Assembly: GCA_040285855.1 (NCBI GenBank)
Contig: JAUFOQ010000002.1
Location: 3,658,001-3,722,000, forward strand
Reading direction: 5' to 3'
DNA: 64,000 nucleotides
Source of the DNA: Eukaryota sp. GEM-RC1
Lineage: Eukaryota
The notes below the pieces were generated by a model. The model was not told where the DNA came from and did not search any database. It worked only from the letters and a program-made list of their open reading frames with translations. The stretch's first letter is position 1; every line of letters begins with the position of its first letter. Position numbers and translations under genes: made by a program. Shown here in pieces: positions 26,243-38,900 of the stretch.

Positions 26243-26439
26243 CTTAAAACAGAATCTAAGAAATGTATTAGATAAAAATGCTGAATCCGATCGGATCTTT
26301 CGGATTGTATTATGGATATTGAACACCAGGATCCGGATCGGATTCAGATCTCGATCAGTCAGATTCGGATCGGATCGGATTTGAGATAAAAAATCCGATT
26401 CCAAGGTTTAGTTCAAACCAACAAAATGAAGACAATTTG

Positions 26440-26829
26440 AAAACAAAATTTTTTTGGCAAACGAAAAACAAATGAAGACGCAGCGCTTGAAGAAATATCA
26501 TTCAAAAATGCCCAAAAAGCGGGACTCTTAGTCTTAGCCAAGCTAATACGGTTTTTAGAGTCCAAGCTTTCGTGAAACAAAACAAACTTCTTTTGTAACT
26601 TGCGAACACACAAAGGCAAAGAGAAAATGCTTCTCTGCTGAATTTCTGTTACACCAACAGGAAATAACTCTGACCACAAATTGGAGTCAAGACTATCAAT
26701 TAAATTTTGAAGACTAATTAACCATGCACAAGGTGAGTGAAGTAAAAAATCTTTCGTTTTCCATAACACAGGATAACGATTCTGAAATTCAAACAAAAAA
26801 TTCTTGAAAGACCCCAAAAAGGCACCATC
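26440..26829 (-). mobile_element. CRE-like family A upstream fragment (thumb/linker region)
   Basis: FLGSFKNFLFEFQNRYP..LIDSLDSNLWSELFP..RISLAKTKSP..LPKKFCF, similar to 132-400. Confidence 0.88.
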
Positions 26830-27535
26830 ACGCTGTAGTGTTGTTGTCAATAAAAATAAATTGGTAAAAAATATACATAGTATACGGACCATGATTTATA
26901 TTTTGTACAAATTGAATGGTGGTTCAGAGTAGAACTCTGTTTAGATTTTGTTTACTTACAGTATGATTGATATTCATTAAGTTTACTTTGTTTGAACTGT
27001 TTGTTTTCACATTTTAGCTCTTGCTATACATGACTACCCCATCAGCTACGAGCGTCTAACGAGTGAGGTTTTCTTAGAAGTTTGTTAAGTTCACAACTGC
27101 TCTTGATCCTGCACTAAAAGAGAATTGGCAGTAAATTGGTTCCCAAAATATGTAAACAAATAAAGTTGCAATTTAGTGCAATTAATTGACTTAAAAAACA
27201 GGTATTGTTTATGGAAACAGAATATTAAATACCGGACTGATTCCTAAGAAGATAATCTTGTTAACACCAATGTGATTCACATAACTTTCTATAAGAGTGA
27301 GTGTTTTATAGATTAGACTAACATTTTTTGAACAGTTCGAAATCGACAGTGTCCTCAGTCAAATTGTGTCTTTGTAAGACTAAAGTAGATGATGGAGAAA
27401 ATCACCAAAAAAATGGACACATATTAATTGTACTGATGTACGGAATCAATGTAACCAAGCGCGCTTCAGCTTTTTGAGTTTAACAATGTTGAGACATTCA
27501 CTGGCTAAACCTTATGGTTGTATTTGAACCCTTTT

Positions 27536-28380
27536 TTTCCCTCCCACATGCTTAGCTCTGCTTCATGTCTGATTACTCAAATCCCTCAAGTTTACGATCT
27601 TCTTCTCGATGATAACTCTTGGTCATTAAACATGCGTTTACGGTCATATATTTGGCCTGATAACCTTCCACATAATTTGAAATGCCAATATGGGCAATCT
27701 GTGACACCTACACATTTATTGAATTGCAACCGTTTTATTTCTTTTTAGAAGTAAGGTTCATGATTCAGTAAGGAAATCAATTATATTGTATGTGTAAATC
27801 TTATGGAATAGTTTCCTTTTTAGAACCAGTTTTGGCTGGGTTGGTTGATGATACAGATGTTGACAAATCGTTTGGAAATAGCCGAGGTGATGTCATATTT
27901 CCTGGTCTCAATGGTTCTTTCATTATTGCTGATGTTATGTCTATCGACGTTTGTAATGGTTCCAACAAGAAACTTGCTAAATCTAAGACTAAAAACCCTC
28001 TGTTGATTGGTGAAAAATTTTAAAAAGAAAAATATTGTGCTAAATTGAAATTATTGAATTACTTGTTGTACCCTTTTGTATTTTCACTGCACGGTTCTTT
28101 AGGTGAATCTGCAACATCATTACTTGAAATCTTTGTGAAGATTGTAAAAGAAAAAACATCTAGGACTTTTGATCTTAGATTTTGGAAAAATCGAATCGTG
28201 TTTGCTATCTTTAAAGGAATGGTGACTTCTGTATCTAGCGCCTTATTATCTCTTGGCAGACATTATGAGGATAAGTTAGGTGAAAATTTCCAGTTAGGCA
28301 ATCTGGACTTTGAGGATATTGATTATTAGATGTATGTACACTGTAGTGTTGTTGTCATTAAAAATAATTAGTAAAAAAAA
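27536..28380 (+). mobile_element. 5'-truncated CRE-like family C element with A8 tail
   Basis: 12-bp TSD TTGAACCCTTTT (27524-27535, 28381-28392). Motifs NMRLR..HLLNC..SRGDVIFP..ADVMSIDVC..YPFVFSLHGSLG. Ends taattagtaaaaaaaa. Confidence 0.92.
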
Positions 28381-28542
28381 TTGAACCCTTTTAATCACTT
28401 AGGGCTATTTCATGAAACTGAAGATCTTGATCAAAAAGTGGTGTTTTGAAGTACTAGCAAGTTCTACAAGTGTTTACCTTATTGGGTGCCGAATAAATTC
28501 TCTCTCGTGTTTTTACAAACAATAAACAATAACAATTTAAAA

Positions 28543-29828
28543 CTAAATAAACTGTAATAAACAAAGAACCACACCAAGCAGAATGATTAACCCATGACCA
28601 ACATAAGAAAAGAATCCACACCTTCCCTCTTTTCTAGTAATAGTTAAATGAGCTAAACAAGGCATTGAGTAAGTATAGATCATACCAGACACAGAGCCAA
28701 AGTACCTTAATAAATCACCAATTTGAGGGTAAAAAACACTGAAAGAGGTTCCAATTACTACAACACCACATGAAACGATAGTCAGACCAGAAATCGTAGG
28801 GTCAGAAATCGAAAAGAGACCAAAAACTGATTGTCTGATGACGTGAACTAAAATAGGATAAACAACTAATATTTGAAATATTAAAAGACATCGAGCCATT
28901 AAAGCCAAAACATCAGTAGCGGGAATCATTTCCAGCCAATTTTGTTTAATTTTGGCTTCAGAATATGCTAAAAACCCATAGATCCTGAAATAAGAAGATT
29001 AAACCAACAAACCAACAAAGAGATAAGAAACAGCAGTTATAATGTAAGCAAATCCAAGATTCCTGGTCATTTTCGCTGGAAAGAGCTGATTAGACTTGAT
29101 AGTTATGACCAAATTATGAATAAAAAACGCTAACATTAACAACCCAGCGAAGTTCTGAACAGCTGGTCCACGAGCAAGAATCAAATCTGAACTAATATTG
29201 AGACCTTTGTTGATGCTTTTAAACCCAACAACAAAAATGACAAATAACACAGAAAGGAATCCGTAACTCGATAGGGATACCAGCAGATCAACCTTCTTAA
29301 GGTTAGCCATGGGAATAAGAACTAAGAGAAGAATGATGGGAGCGTAGAAACGGACGGTTTCGATGGGAATTCTCTCGTTATGGATCCAAGTCATGACAGC
29401 ATTGAACACTGAAGCAACATCATCACCAAGAATGATGCAGTAGGAGATGGAGGCACCAATGACATGACGTTAGAAGGGCAGGAGAGACATACAACTAAGG
29501 CAGATGCGAAGTGAGCTAGGATGCGAGCCCAACTACCATACAAATCGTATAGCAGATCCGCAAAGTCTTTGTAGTTTTTGGTGTGCTTTGAGATTAACAA
29601 ACAAGTGTAGTAACAGATAAGACCAATAATGATGGCAATAACCCAAGAATAGATGAAACCAGCTTGAGACAGTGCCCAAGGTAAGGCAAGAACACTAGAT
29701 CCCAGCATTGTTGAAACAATGGAGAACACTGCTGTGATGCCAGATTGGGTTCCTGCTTTCACAGGTTTATCAAGGAGAGGTGATGCATCATTTATTGGAT
29801 CCAGTGTTAAAGTAGGGTCTAAGGCCAT
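28543..29828 (-). CDS. SLC38A9-like amino acid transporter (Aa_trans/AAAP family), two tiny introns (29464-29492, 28985-29008)
   Basis: TAVFSIVSTMLGSSVLALPWALSQAGF, GLLMLAFFIHNLVITI, ARCLLIFQILVVYPILVHVIR and YPQIGDLLRYFGSVSG resemble SLC38A9. About 11 hydrophobic segments. Confidence 0.88.
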
Positions 29829-30190
29829 GTTTGGGCTAATATAGATTTATCGTTCTAGTTTTGCTTCTTCAATTATTAACAGTGTCATTCCGATATCACG
29901 TTCGTGACAGAATTGAAGAAACGGTGCAAACCACATTATGACAATTCCTAGGAGAAGCTTTCCAAAGTATTTAATTTGCAATGGTGGATGTGATCCATTA
30001 AGAATCTCACACTATTGCTACACTAGACACTATTCAAATGATTTAAGATCTTACAACTGAAATACGGAAAATTAATATACAATGCGGAAATACGTGCAGT
30101 TTAAAGTTTAAATCAGCCAAACGAATATTATTGAATGATTTTGACCATCTAGATACATGTGTACCTGAAAAATGCAACCACTTTGATCTG

Positions 30191-30835
30191 CAGGCCCTCT
30201 CATAAGATAATTTAAAATAATTTGAACATCAAAAAGTGCCAAAAATAAATGTGAAATAAATATAATTAAAACAAAATAAAACCCAAATATTTTATTAGTA
30301 CAGTTTCTCTCAATTACTATCGATGATTACACAATCCATTTGATCATCCCTTTCTTGTAGATAAAGGTTAGTTGACTTTCTGCTTCGTATAATTGCTCTG
30401 ACTGTGTCGCCGCCACATGTGGATCTTCAACATTAGTTCAATATCAGCATCGTGGACGACCGTGAGAATCGCTCACTGATCATACGCCCGGATATAGTTG
30501 TGGGATTGACTTAGAAAACAGGTAAAGGCTCGTCTGCATCGGTTAAGTTCAACATTGAAATGGCAATGTTTGAGGAAAAATTAATTGACTTTGATTCTGG
30601 GCTAAGCTTGAGTATTTCACAAATCATGTTTCAAGTCAATCAACAACCTTGAGCACTAAATTAACCGATGTATAATACAGATCAATGAAGTTTACTTACC
30701 GACATTTTATTTTTAATTATTTATATTTTGTTTTATTTTGTTTTATTTGCACGATCGCCAAAAAGGCTCAAAAATAAATATAAATATAAATAAATAGAAA
30801 TAAATAGAATTTATATTTATTTATGAGGAGCCCTG
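30191..30835 (-). mobile_element. hAT MITE, 645 bp, same arms as 24808-25449 in opposite orientation
   Basis: TSD TTGATCTG (30183-30190, 30836-30843). Ends caggccctctcataag...ttatgaggagccctg. Confidence 0.92.
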
Positions 30836-31175
30836 TTGATCTGATACAATACAAAGAAATACAAAAACACAAAGAAATACAGATATAGTAATGTAACAAT
30901 CTCGAATCAAAATGAAGTCAATAAATACTGCTAGTGACAAGTGATTGTACGTCACACACAACTTACAGCAACATCCAGTTGTAGAGGTGGAAAGTGAAGA
31001 ACACAGTGAAAGCTAGACTAGGACGGAATAGACAGATACAGATATAATTTTGACATTTTGTGTCATTGTCATCAGGAAGGAAATTGTTGGGCAAATTGTT
31101 TTTGATAATAAACTAGAAGTTATTAGCAATAAAAAAATGATTTTTACGGTTTTTTCAAAAAATAATACATACAAA

Positions 31176-32697
31176 CTATCCGTGTTGTTTTTCATTTTCT
31201 ATACGTAGCCTCTTGACTTCTGCAGTCAATTTTGACACATGCTCTGTGAGTTCAGCGTTCTTTCTTTCCAATTCAACTACATAAGAATCTTCTCCTTGTA
31301 AGTCACCCTGTATAGATGAGATACACGTCAGCAACTCTTTCGTGTGTTCTGCAAGGAACTCCATATGGTTACCAATCTTCTCAGACATTAAATCCTTCTT
31401 TTTACCAGAATTTAAATTCTTGACACATTTTGGGGGTAGTTCCTTACCTTCAACCTGTTTCGAAGTTGCCGGCACAGGTGTCGAATGAATCTTAAATCTT
31501 CCTCTATGCTCCACCCCTTCCTCTTCCTTCTTCTCTGCCTCCTTCTTCTCTGCTTCCTTTTCATCTCCTGAGAACCCATCTCTCAGTACAAATCTCCCCC
31601 TTCTTCTCAGTCTTTTCTTGTGTTCTCTCGAACTTACTTGGAGTTGGAGGTCTTGATTTCTTCTCCTCAATTGGTTTCTCCTTAGCTTCGTTATCTTCTC
31701 CAAAATCCCACTCTTTACTTGCAGGTTTACTGTAATCAGCGGAACTAAAGATGCTTTCCTCCACGATTTCTGGTTTAGATGTTAGAGAACAGTTTTTGAA
31801 AGCCAAGAATCTGGAAACGACATCATTAGCTAAATAGTCACTCTTTCTACCCATATTCTTGATAAATCGATGAGACAAGAGAGAAGTTGCAGAAGGACGT
31901 TGTTCAGGATTCTTTGTAAGACAAGCAGCAACAAACTCCCTAAATGACCTTGACCACCGCTTCTTCTCATCTTTTCCTTCATCATCAGTGTAATCTAAAG
32001 TAGGTGGCGGATTCTGAAGAGTCATTTTGATGACCTTCATTGGAGGGAACTTAGCTAAGGGGGCAACTCCGTGAGCTAGTTCAATGGCAGTGATACCCAA
32101 GGACCAAATGTCACAAGTCTCTGTATACTGACTTTGTTCAATTACTTCAGGTGCCATCCAACAAGGAGTACCAACGAAAGTGTTTCTTTTCTGTCTAGAA
32201 CCATGCTCAACGGAGAGTCCGCACACACCAAAGTCTCCCACATAGACTGAACCCCTTTCATCAAGGAGGATGTTTCCTGCCTTGATATCACGATGAATTT
32301 GACCGTTCTTATGAAGGTAATCTAGAGACTTGAGCACTTCCCGAAGGATTGTTGCAATTGAGATTTCATCTAGGCCAGAAGGGTTGACGGCTTTCATGAT
32401 GTCGCGAAGGGATCCAAGTAGAAGGGGCATAACTAGCCATAAGCTTTGCTGGTGAACAAAGGAAACGTAGTAGGTAACAATGTTGGAATGATTGCAAGAA
32501 GACATGACCTGGAGTTCCTTGCGGATTTCATCCATGGAAGAAGAAGCAGAATCAAGATCAACAACTTTTATAGCAACTTCGATGTTGAGAGATTCACAGA
32601 GAGCTCGGTAGACGGTTGCGGAAGCCCCTGCACCTATCTGTTGTTGAATCTTATATCCCTCAGCATTTGCAGGAAACGGAGACGTGTTAAGAGGCAT
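31176..32697 (-). CDS. STE20-family Ser/Thr kinase, SPAK/OSR1(fray)-like, with C-terminal coiled coil
   Basis: IGAGASATVY, VAIK, HRDIKAGNILL, DFG, FVGTPCWMAPEVI, PPMKVIKMTLQNPPPTL. One apparent extra base in the C5 run near 31596 joins it to ORF 31176..31703 (GRFVL, GRFKI). Confidence 0.92.
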
Positions 32698-32771
32698 GGT
32701 GGAGGGTGAAAGAACTCAGACAGGATGATGATTCAACCAGAAGGCGAACCATTCTTTCCTCCTCGACTCTC

Positions 32772-33548
32772 ATGTGTAATGTCCTCGACACCTCCTGTCC
32801 CCACTTATCTTTGGTGGATTTTGAAGTTTCTTTTCAGCATCTTGTGTCTACACCGACTCAAAAAATGCTTAGATTAGGATCTTTTCATTGTGAGGAGTGC
32901 TTTAATGCATCTTCTGTGTGGATCTGCCTACATCCAGACTGTCATACCTTACACTGTTCAACAGATCCATGTCATTCACACATCCACTACCTAAATACAA
33001 AAGATGATCGGTGTCTCTCTAAAACCCATCACATGTGCCTCAATGTGGACACTGGTGCTGTTTTTTGCCATAGTTGTAGACAAGTCATCCTTTCCTACCA
33101 GTCCGGTCCTTTTGCTGAAGACTTGCTCGATCTTTCATTGGCGCTGATAAACCCATCAAAGGCAATTAAGCTCAGGGAATCACGTCTCAATCGTAACAAA
33201 CTGATGAGCTCTACCGTCGCATCATCTTGTCCCAATTTTGATGTTGAAACAGTTCTTACGAAACACAAAGAACGAGAGCACAAACCAACAGAAAATCCAA
33301 TAGAAAATGAACCTCTCCCAGAAGTTGTGTTCTCTTCTCATGCGGAGGAATCTGTTGACAAACTCTCTGAACTCCGCAGAACTCTAACCCACATCAACCT
33401 TGAAAGTTTGAACGATCCGGTACCAGAGCCTCCACAACCTGAGCAGACAGTAGATATAGGAGAGAGTTTGAAGGCAAGGAAGCTTAAAAAGACTACAAAG
33501 GATGCGGTCAAGGGCAAGTTCGGTTGCTTCACAACCATCTTTACTTGA
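32772..33548 (+). CDS. UBP-type zinc finger (zf-UBP) protein
   Basis: CPHL..CEEC..WICLHPDCHTLHCS..HSHIHY..HHMCLNVDTGAVFCHSC. ATG at 32772. The 3' end could be spliced differently. Confidence 0.8.
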   Translation: MCNVLDTSCPHLSLVDFEVSFQHLVSTPTQKMLRLGSFHCEECFNASSVWICLHPDCHTLHCSTDPCHSHIHYLNTKDDRCLSKTHHMCLNVDTGAVFCHSCRQVILSYQSGPFAEDLLDLSLALINPSKAIKLRESRLNRNKLMSSTVASSCPNFDVETVLTKHKEREHKPTENPIENEPLPEVVFSSHAEESVDKLSELRRTLTHINLESLNDPVPEPPQPEQTVDIGESLKARKLKKTTKDAVKGKFGCFTTIFT

Positions 33549-34149
33549 TGTTACCAAAAGTTCTCTCAATGTAGAATCTTGATTTGTATTGTAACTGTAT
33601 TATTGTAAAGTATGTAAATGATATGTTATTGGAACTGATTACTGCATTCATAACTGAAGTAGTTAGAATCACACTGGGTGTAGCTGAAATGTAATAAGTT
33701 TTATGTTTTATTTCTAATACACTCTTTAGTTTGCTTCTCATTGGTCCCATTGTGCTCGATTTGGGCTAAATTATTAACCAAAGCTATGTTACCAACTCGT
33801 CAATTATTTGGTAGTCTGACATTTTGGGCGAGAACAGATTTTCTTTTTGAATTTTTTAATCGATTTCCTGATGAAATACACTTATTAACCCTATTTCGTG
33901 TAGCTATTTGATTTAAACCAAACAATGGACAATTAATCTTTTGACGTTTGGTCTCAATGTCTCAGAGTCTGTGTCAGAAAGGTGGGGGCCTTATGGTCAA
34001 AAACCATATCTAAAACTTTAACAAAAACACAAACTAAATAGAAGTACTACAAGGACTCCCCAAATCTACTGAACAGTTACTCCCTTCAAGATGTTGTACA
34101 ATTCTTCAGTTATGGAGGAAACAATTTCAACATGAACCTAGAAATACTG

Positions 34150-35055
34150 TTGAAGGCCTGGTATAAACTTGGCATGCTCAAGGAAAAGAATCCCGCTTTT
34201 GCAAATTTCTTAATGGATGTTTCTAATAGCTCTGCTTCATGTCTGATTACTCAAATCCCTCAAGTTTACGGTCTTCTTCTTGATGATAACTCTTGGTCAT
34301 TAAACATGCGTTTACGGTCATATTTTTGGCCTGATAACCTTCCACATAATTTGAAATGCCAATGTGGGCAATCTGTAACACCTACACATTTATTGGATTG
34401 TAACCGTTTTATTTCATTTAGAAGTAAGGTTCATGATTCAGTAAGGGATCAATTATATTGTATGTGTAAATCTTATGGAATAGTTTCCTTTTTAGAACCA
34501 GTTCTGGCTGGTTTGTTTGATGATACAGATGTTGACAAATCGTTTAAAAATAGCCGTGGTGATGTCATATTTCCTGGTCTTGATGAATCTTTCATTATTG
34601 CTGATGTTATGTCTATCGATGTTTGTAATGATTCCAACAAGAAACTTGCTAAATCTACTGCTAAAAACCCCTTGTTGATTGGTGAAAAATTGAAAATGCA
34701 AAAATATTGTGGTAAATTGAAATTATTGAATTCGGTTTCACAGTAGAATGACTTGTTGTACTTTTGTATTTTCAGTGTACGGTTCTTTAGGTGAATCGGC
34801 AACATCATTACTTGAAATCTTTGTGAAGACTGTAAAAGAAAAAACATCTAGGACTTTTGATCTGAGATTTTGGAAAAATCGAATCGTGTTTGCTATCTTT
34901 AAAGGTATGGTGACTTCCGTATCTAGCGCCTTATTATCTCTTGGCAGACATTATGAGGATAAGCTAGGTGAGAATTTCCAGATAGGCAATTTGGACTTTG
35001 AGGATTCTGATTATTACATGTATGTACACTGTAGTGTTGTTGTCATTAAAATAGT
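34150..35055 (+). mobile_element. 5'-truncated CRE-like family C element
   Basis: CQCG..HLLDC..HDSVRDQ..EP..SRGDVIFP..KMQKY. The 3' UTR gtatgtacactgtagtgttgttgtc matches 28330-28360. Confidence 0.9.
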
Positions 35056-35933
35056 TAAGTTCAAATAGACATCAATACCCAGATCATTAGTCATCATCTA
35101 GTCTCCATCCAATTTGTGACCCCAACGTATGATGGTACGCTTGTTCTTCATGATCAACATACAACTGGTTGCTGTTAGTATTGTATATTTATGGACTGTA
35201 TATTGTAGAACAGTTTAGTTTCTAATTTTTTTTGGTGTATTTTGAAATTCCAGGATTAATAGTCTCACAAGTGCACATTTCAAAAGGGTAAGACAAAACT
35301 AGTCTCAGTAAGATTTGTGGAGCTAATGGTGTTCTTCGTCATTTAATAAAATGATAGATATTTTATTCATTCCGTTAACAGCTGAAGAACCTAAGCATTC
35401 CTAGTATGACTCTCAACTTGAAAGTCAAATATCTTTTTCATTTCTTTTTCTTTTCTTTTTTGAGAGTCTCAAGTAGAAGAATTAAATGGAAAATCGTGTT
35501 CCAAATTTGTGTTTCAACCTTCTGACGGTTCTCTATTGGGATCGATTAGTCCTGCAGATGAACAGTGGATCTAGAATTTTGAAGAACTGTGTAAAGTACA
35601 GAAGCGCAAGTTTACAACGCCTCAATGAAAAATCCGTATCGTGTTTTCCATTTATCGGAATATGGCTTTCTGTTTCTCTCGATTAGTTGAGAAACTGTAC
35701 AAGTTTGGTGTGAAGGTTAATGTTGAAAAACAAAATTGGATAGGGATGAAGTCGTTTGGATTTAGTCTCAGTATCATTTAATTTTTTGCAAGTTCACATT
35801 TTTGCAAAAAGATTACTTGTTTCGGTACAGAATAAAGCTTTTCATTTTATCGCTTTGTAAGTCAATTCGTTTCGAGTATCTACTGTAGATACCCACTTTG
35901 TAGTAAGCTACTTAGAGAGACAAAAGACAACAT

Positions 35934-38900
35934 TTATATGTTAATATTACAAAAGGAAAGAAAACTACCATTCTTAACCCATTTCTTCAACTGCTTATCC
36001 GAAGTGGGAGCACCTTCAATAAGGTTACCAGTAAGTGGATGCCTTCCAAAGCGCAACCAAATAAAAGCCCTTATACACAACACAACCAAATCTTTCGGTT
36101 GAGATTTTTCTAAAGAACATAGATGAACTACCTTATTAGAGTCTCCAAACAATAATTCAAAAGAATTATCATCTACACATCTGGTCTTAATTGAAGCAGC
36201 ATAAGCAGTTTTGAACAATGTCCTATCTGATTTTAATCGTATTTTGATTTTTTCCAAATTCAAAAGTAATATTCGTTCTTCTCCAGGTTTACCAAAATCA
36301 CTGGAAGAATTTCGGCTAATCACACATGGGAAGATAACTTCCTTCTGCGAAACAGCAGCCATGATAGAGTCACAGTACGAGGGATGAACTGAGATTGTTT
36401 GAGAAGAAGCCGTAACCATTTCACCACAAACTCCATCATTTCTGACAGGTGTGAACTCTACGGTGATTTGATGGGTAACGTCATCTGCAGTCGGTACATA
36501 TTTCACAGTATTACGAGCACTAGCAATTTCAGTTTTTCTTCCTCTTTTATCCACCCTGTAGTAGTTGATTTCATGATCTCCAGGGGAGACCACCAGCGTA
36601 GCTAGCTTTAATAGTAAGTGGTTTGGAGTTGTACTCACCACCCAACAGTGAGAGCTTAGTACACGTGGGATCACCAGGGACAATAGGTCTGGATCTAACA
36701 GAGTAAACTTCACCATCGACTTTGACAGAAAACTTTACGATATGACCAATTTGAGAAAGAGTTGGTACAAATGCTTCACTACTGCTATCAACAACATTTT
36801 CAACTAGACTGGGATTAATTAGTGACCAGAAATAAGAGTAAGAAACACCTGGAGATGATGTCTTAACAGCACCGGTAATAGAAGAACCTTCTACAAACTT
36901 ACCAACTAAATCTAGAGATAAAATCAGAATTTTTCGAAGATATTTTGGACTTAATTAAATCTTCAGGAATAGAAGAACCACCAATTACTGCCTTGGTTAA
37001 TCTACTTGTTTCTAATTCAACAGGATCTCCAGAAACATTGCAATTAGAAACAGGGATTAAAACAGCTCTTACTCGTGAACCCACGTCATCCTGACTCAAT
37101 TCGTAAACATCACCCTCAGCTACCTTGATTTCCTTCTTTCCACTAAAGATTCTGAACCAGGAAATAGAAGTGGAACCATCAGGGCCATGATATCTATAAT
37201 TAGCTCTCAATTTTCCACAGGAGTCATCCAAATAAACGACACAATCAGATAATATTGGCTTTCCCCAAGTAATAGGATCCTGTGAAACAATTTCAGCCAC
37301 TTCCCCTTCAACATTTCCAACCGAAATAGGAAGGTATTTACAGAGAACATAACAGCCAACATGATCAGGGAGTGGTAAGAACTCGGGACCTTGACCAACA
37401 GACTTCCAGGAAGATTTGTCTTTAGAAACAAACCACTCAATAAGAGATTTACCTTCCTCTTCAGCACCAGAATACATTGATTTGATTGAGAGCACGACGT
37501 TACTTTTGGGTTCGGAAGGGGGAAAGTGTAAGATCAGAAACATAGGGAAGTTCAGTGAGAACTGGACCAATACAGGCAGAGATGGTTTCAGAGAAAACTT
37601 CATCTTCTAGACGTTGTACCACAACACGAACTTCAATTTCCGATCCAATATCATCCATCGAAAGATTAAATGACAATGACTTTGATAGATTTTCTTCACT
37701 AACACGAGATGAGGCGGCCTTTGTAACTGTATTGGAAACTTTCTTGTTTCTAAACCAATCAATCAAGAACAACGGAGTTCCTGAGCCAGTATAGTCAAAG
37801 GAAATCTCCAGATCTGAGTCAACGAAAGCAGATCCTTTAATAACGAGATTAGAAACAACTGGTTTAGTTCCAGTGACTGGCCCAATTGGATCAGTTACAA
37901 TAACTTCACCAACAGCACCATCATCACGTGTAGGAGTGACACGTAAGCAAACGTGATGGTCGACATGTTCTTCAGTCAGAATGAGGGATCTTTCTCCAAT
38001 TAAAACAATTGATTCCTTACCATTCTCGTCAATCACAATCCACTCAATCTTTGATTGACCCTCAATTCCTCCAAAGTAAACTCCGGTCATAGTCAATCGT
38101 GTACCCTCAACAGCAATTCCCTCAATTCCTACATCAAAGTATCGTGGGACTGCACACTTGACAGAGACACTGGTATCCTTACAGAAGGGAAGTCCAACAA
38201 CACCATCCTCACGGACAGGGACACATTCAAGTCGAAGAAAGTTTCCAACATCAGCTGTGACGGGGGCATACACAATGGTGTTTTCAGCAACACACTCTAA
38301 GACTTTAGGTTCCTTAGGATTGGATTTATCAACACGCAACCAGCGGAGACGTGATTCCCCTTGATTGCCTCCTTGATAGTGCACATCTCCAATCAATTCT
38401 GATCCTTGTTCAGCGACACCTTCTATTTCAATTCCAGTCACTTTGGGCTGTCCAACAGCGACAATAGATCTACTCATAGCTACTCTAGGTTCACCTTCAA
38501 TACCATCATCTCTAACAGGAAGATACAGAACACACAAAAGTCTTCCTACATGATCTAATCGGGGGACAAACTCTTTAAATATAGCATTATCAATAACCAT
38601 CCACAGTGAAGGGTCTGGTCGACCTTCATTGGATTCAAGAGAATTGTATAAAATTTCAATTTCTTCATTGGAAAGCTCGTTCAAATCACAGTGAAATAAG
38701 GCAGATGAACAAAACCATTGAATGAGGGAAGATCCTTCGTATCCACCGAGATAATTATGAACAACTTTAACGGGTTCGCCTTCCATGATCTCACCATCTA
38801 CAATCAAGTTAGAAATGGTAGGACAACCTGCCCCAATGGGCTGTGTGATTACAGATACAGGAGTTCCTGGTACTCCTTCAGTAGAAACAGGGGTGTATTG

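Larger units (their letters stand above)
23837..26410. mobile_element. Non-autonomous hAT element (outer of a nest)
   Basis: TSD GTTCAAAC (23829-23836, 26411-26418). 18-bp TIR TA(G/A)ACCTTGGAATCGGAT. Subterminal ATCGG/CCGAT repeats. Confidence 0.92.

Noticed and set aside
23821..26404. Hydrophobic or low-complexity ORFs (23821, 24605, 24846, 26132)
   Set aside because: They derive from AT-rich subterminal repeats of the nested hAT MITEs.
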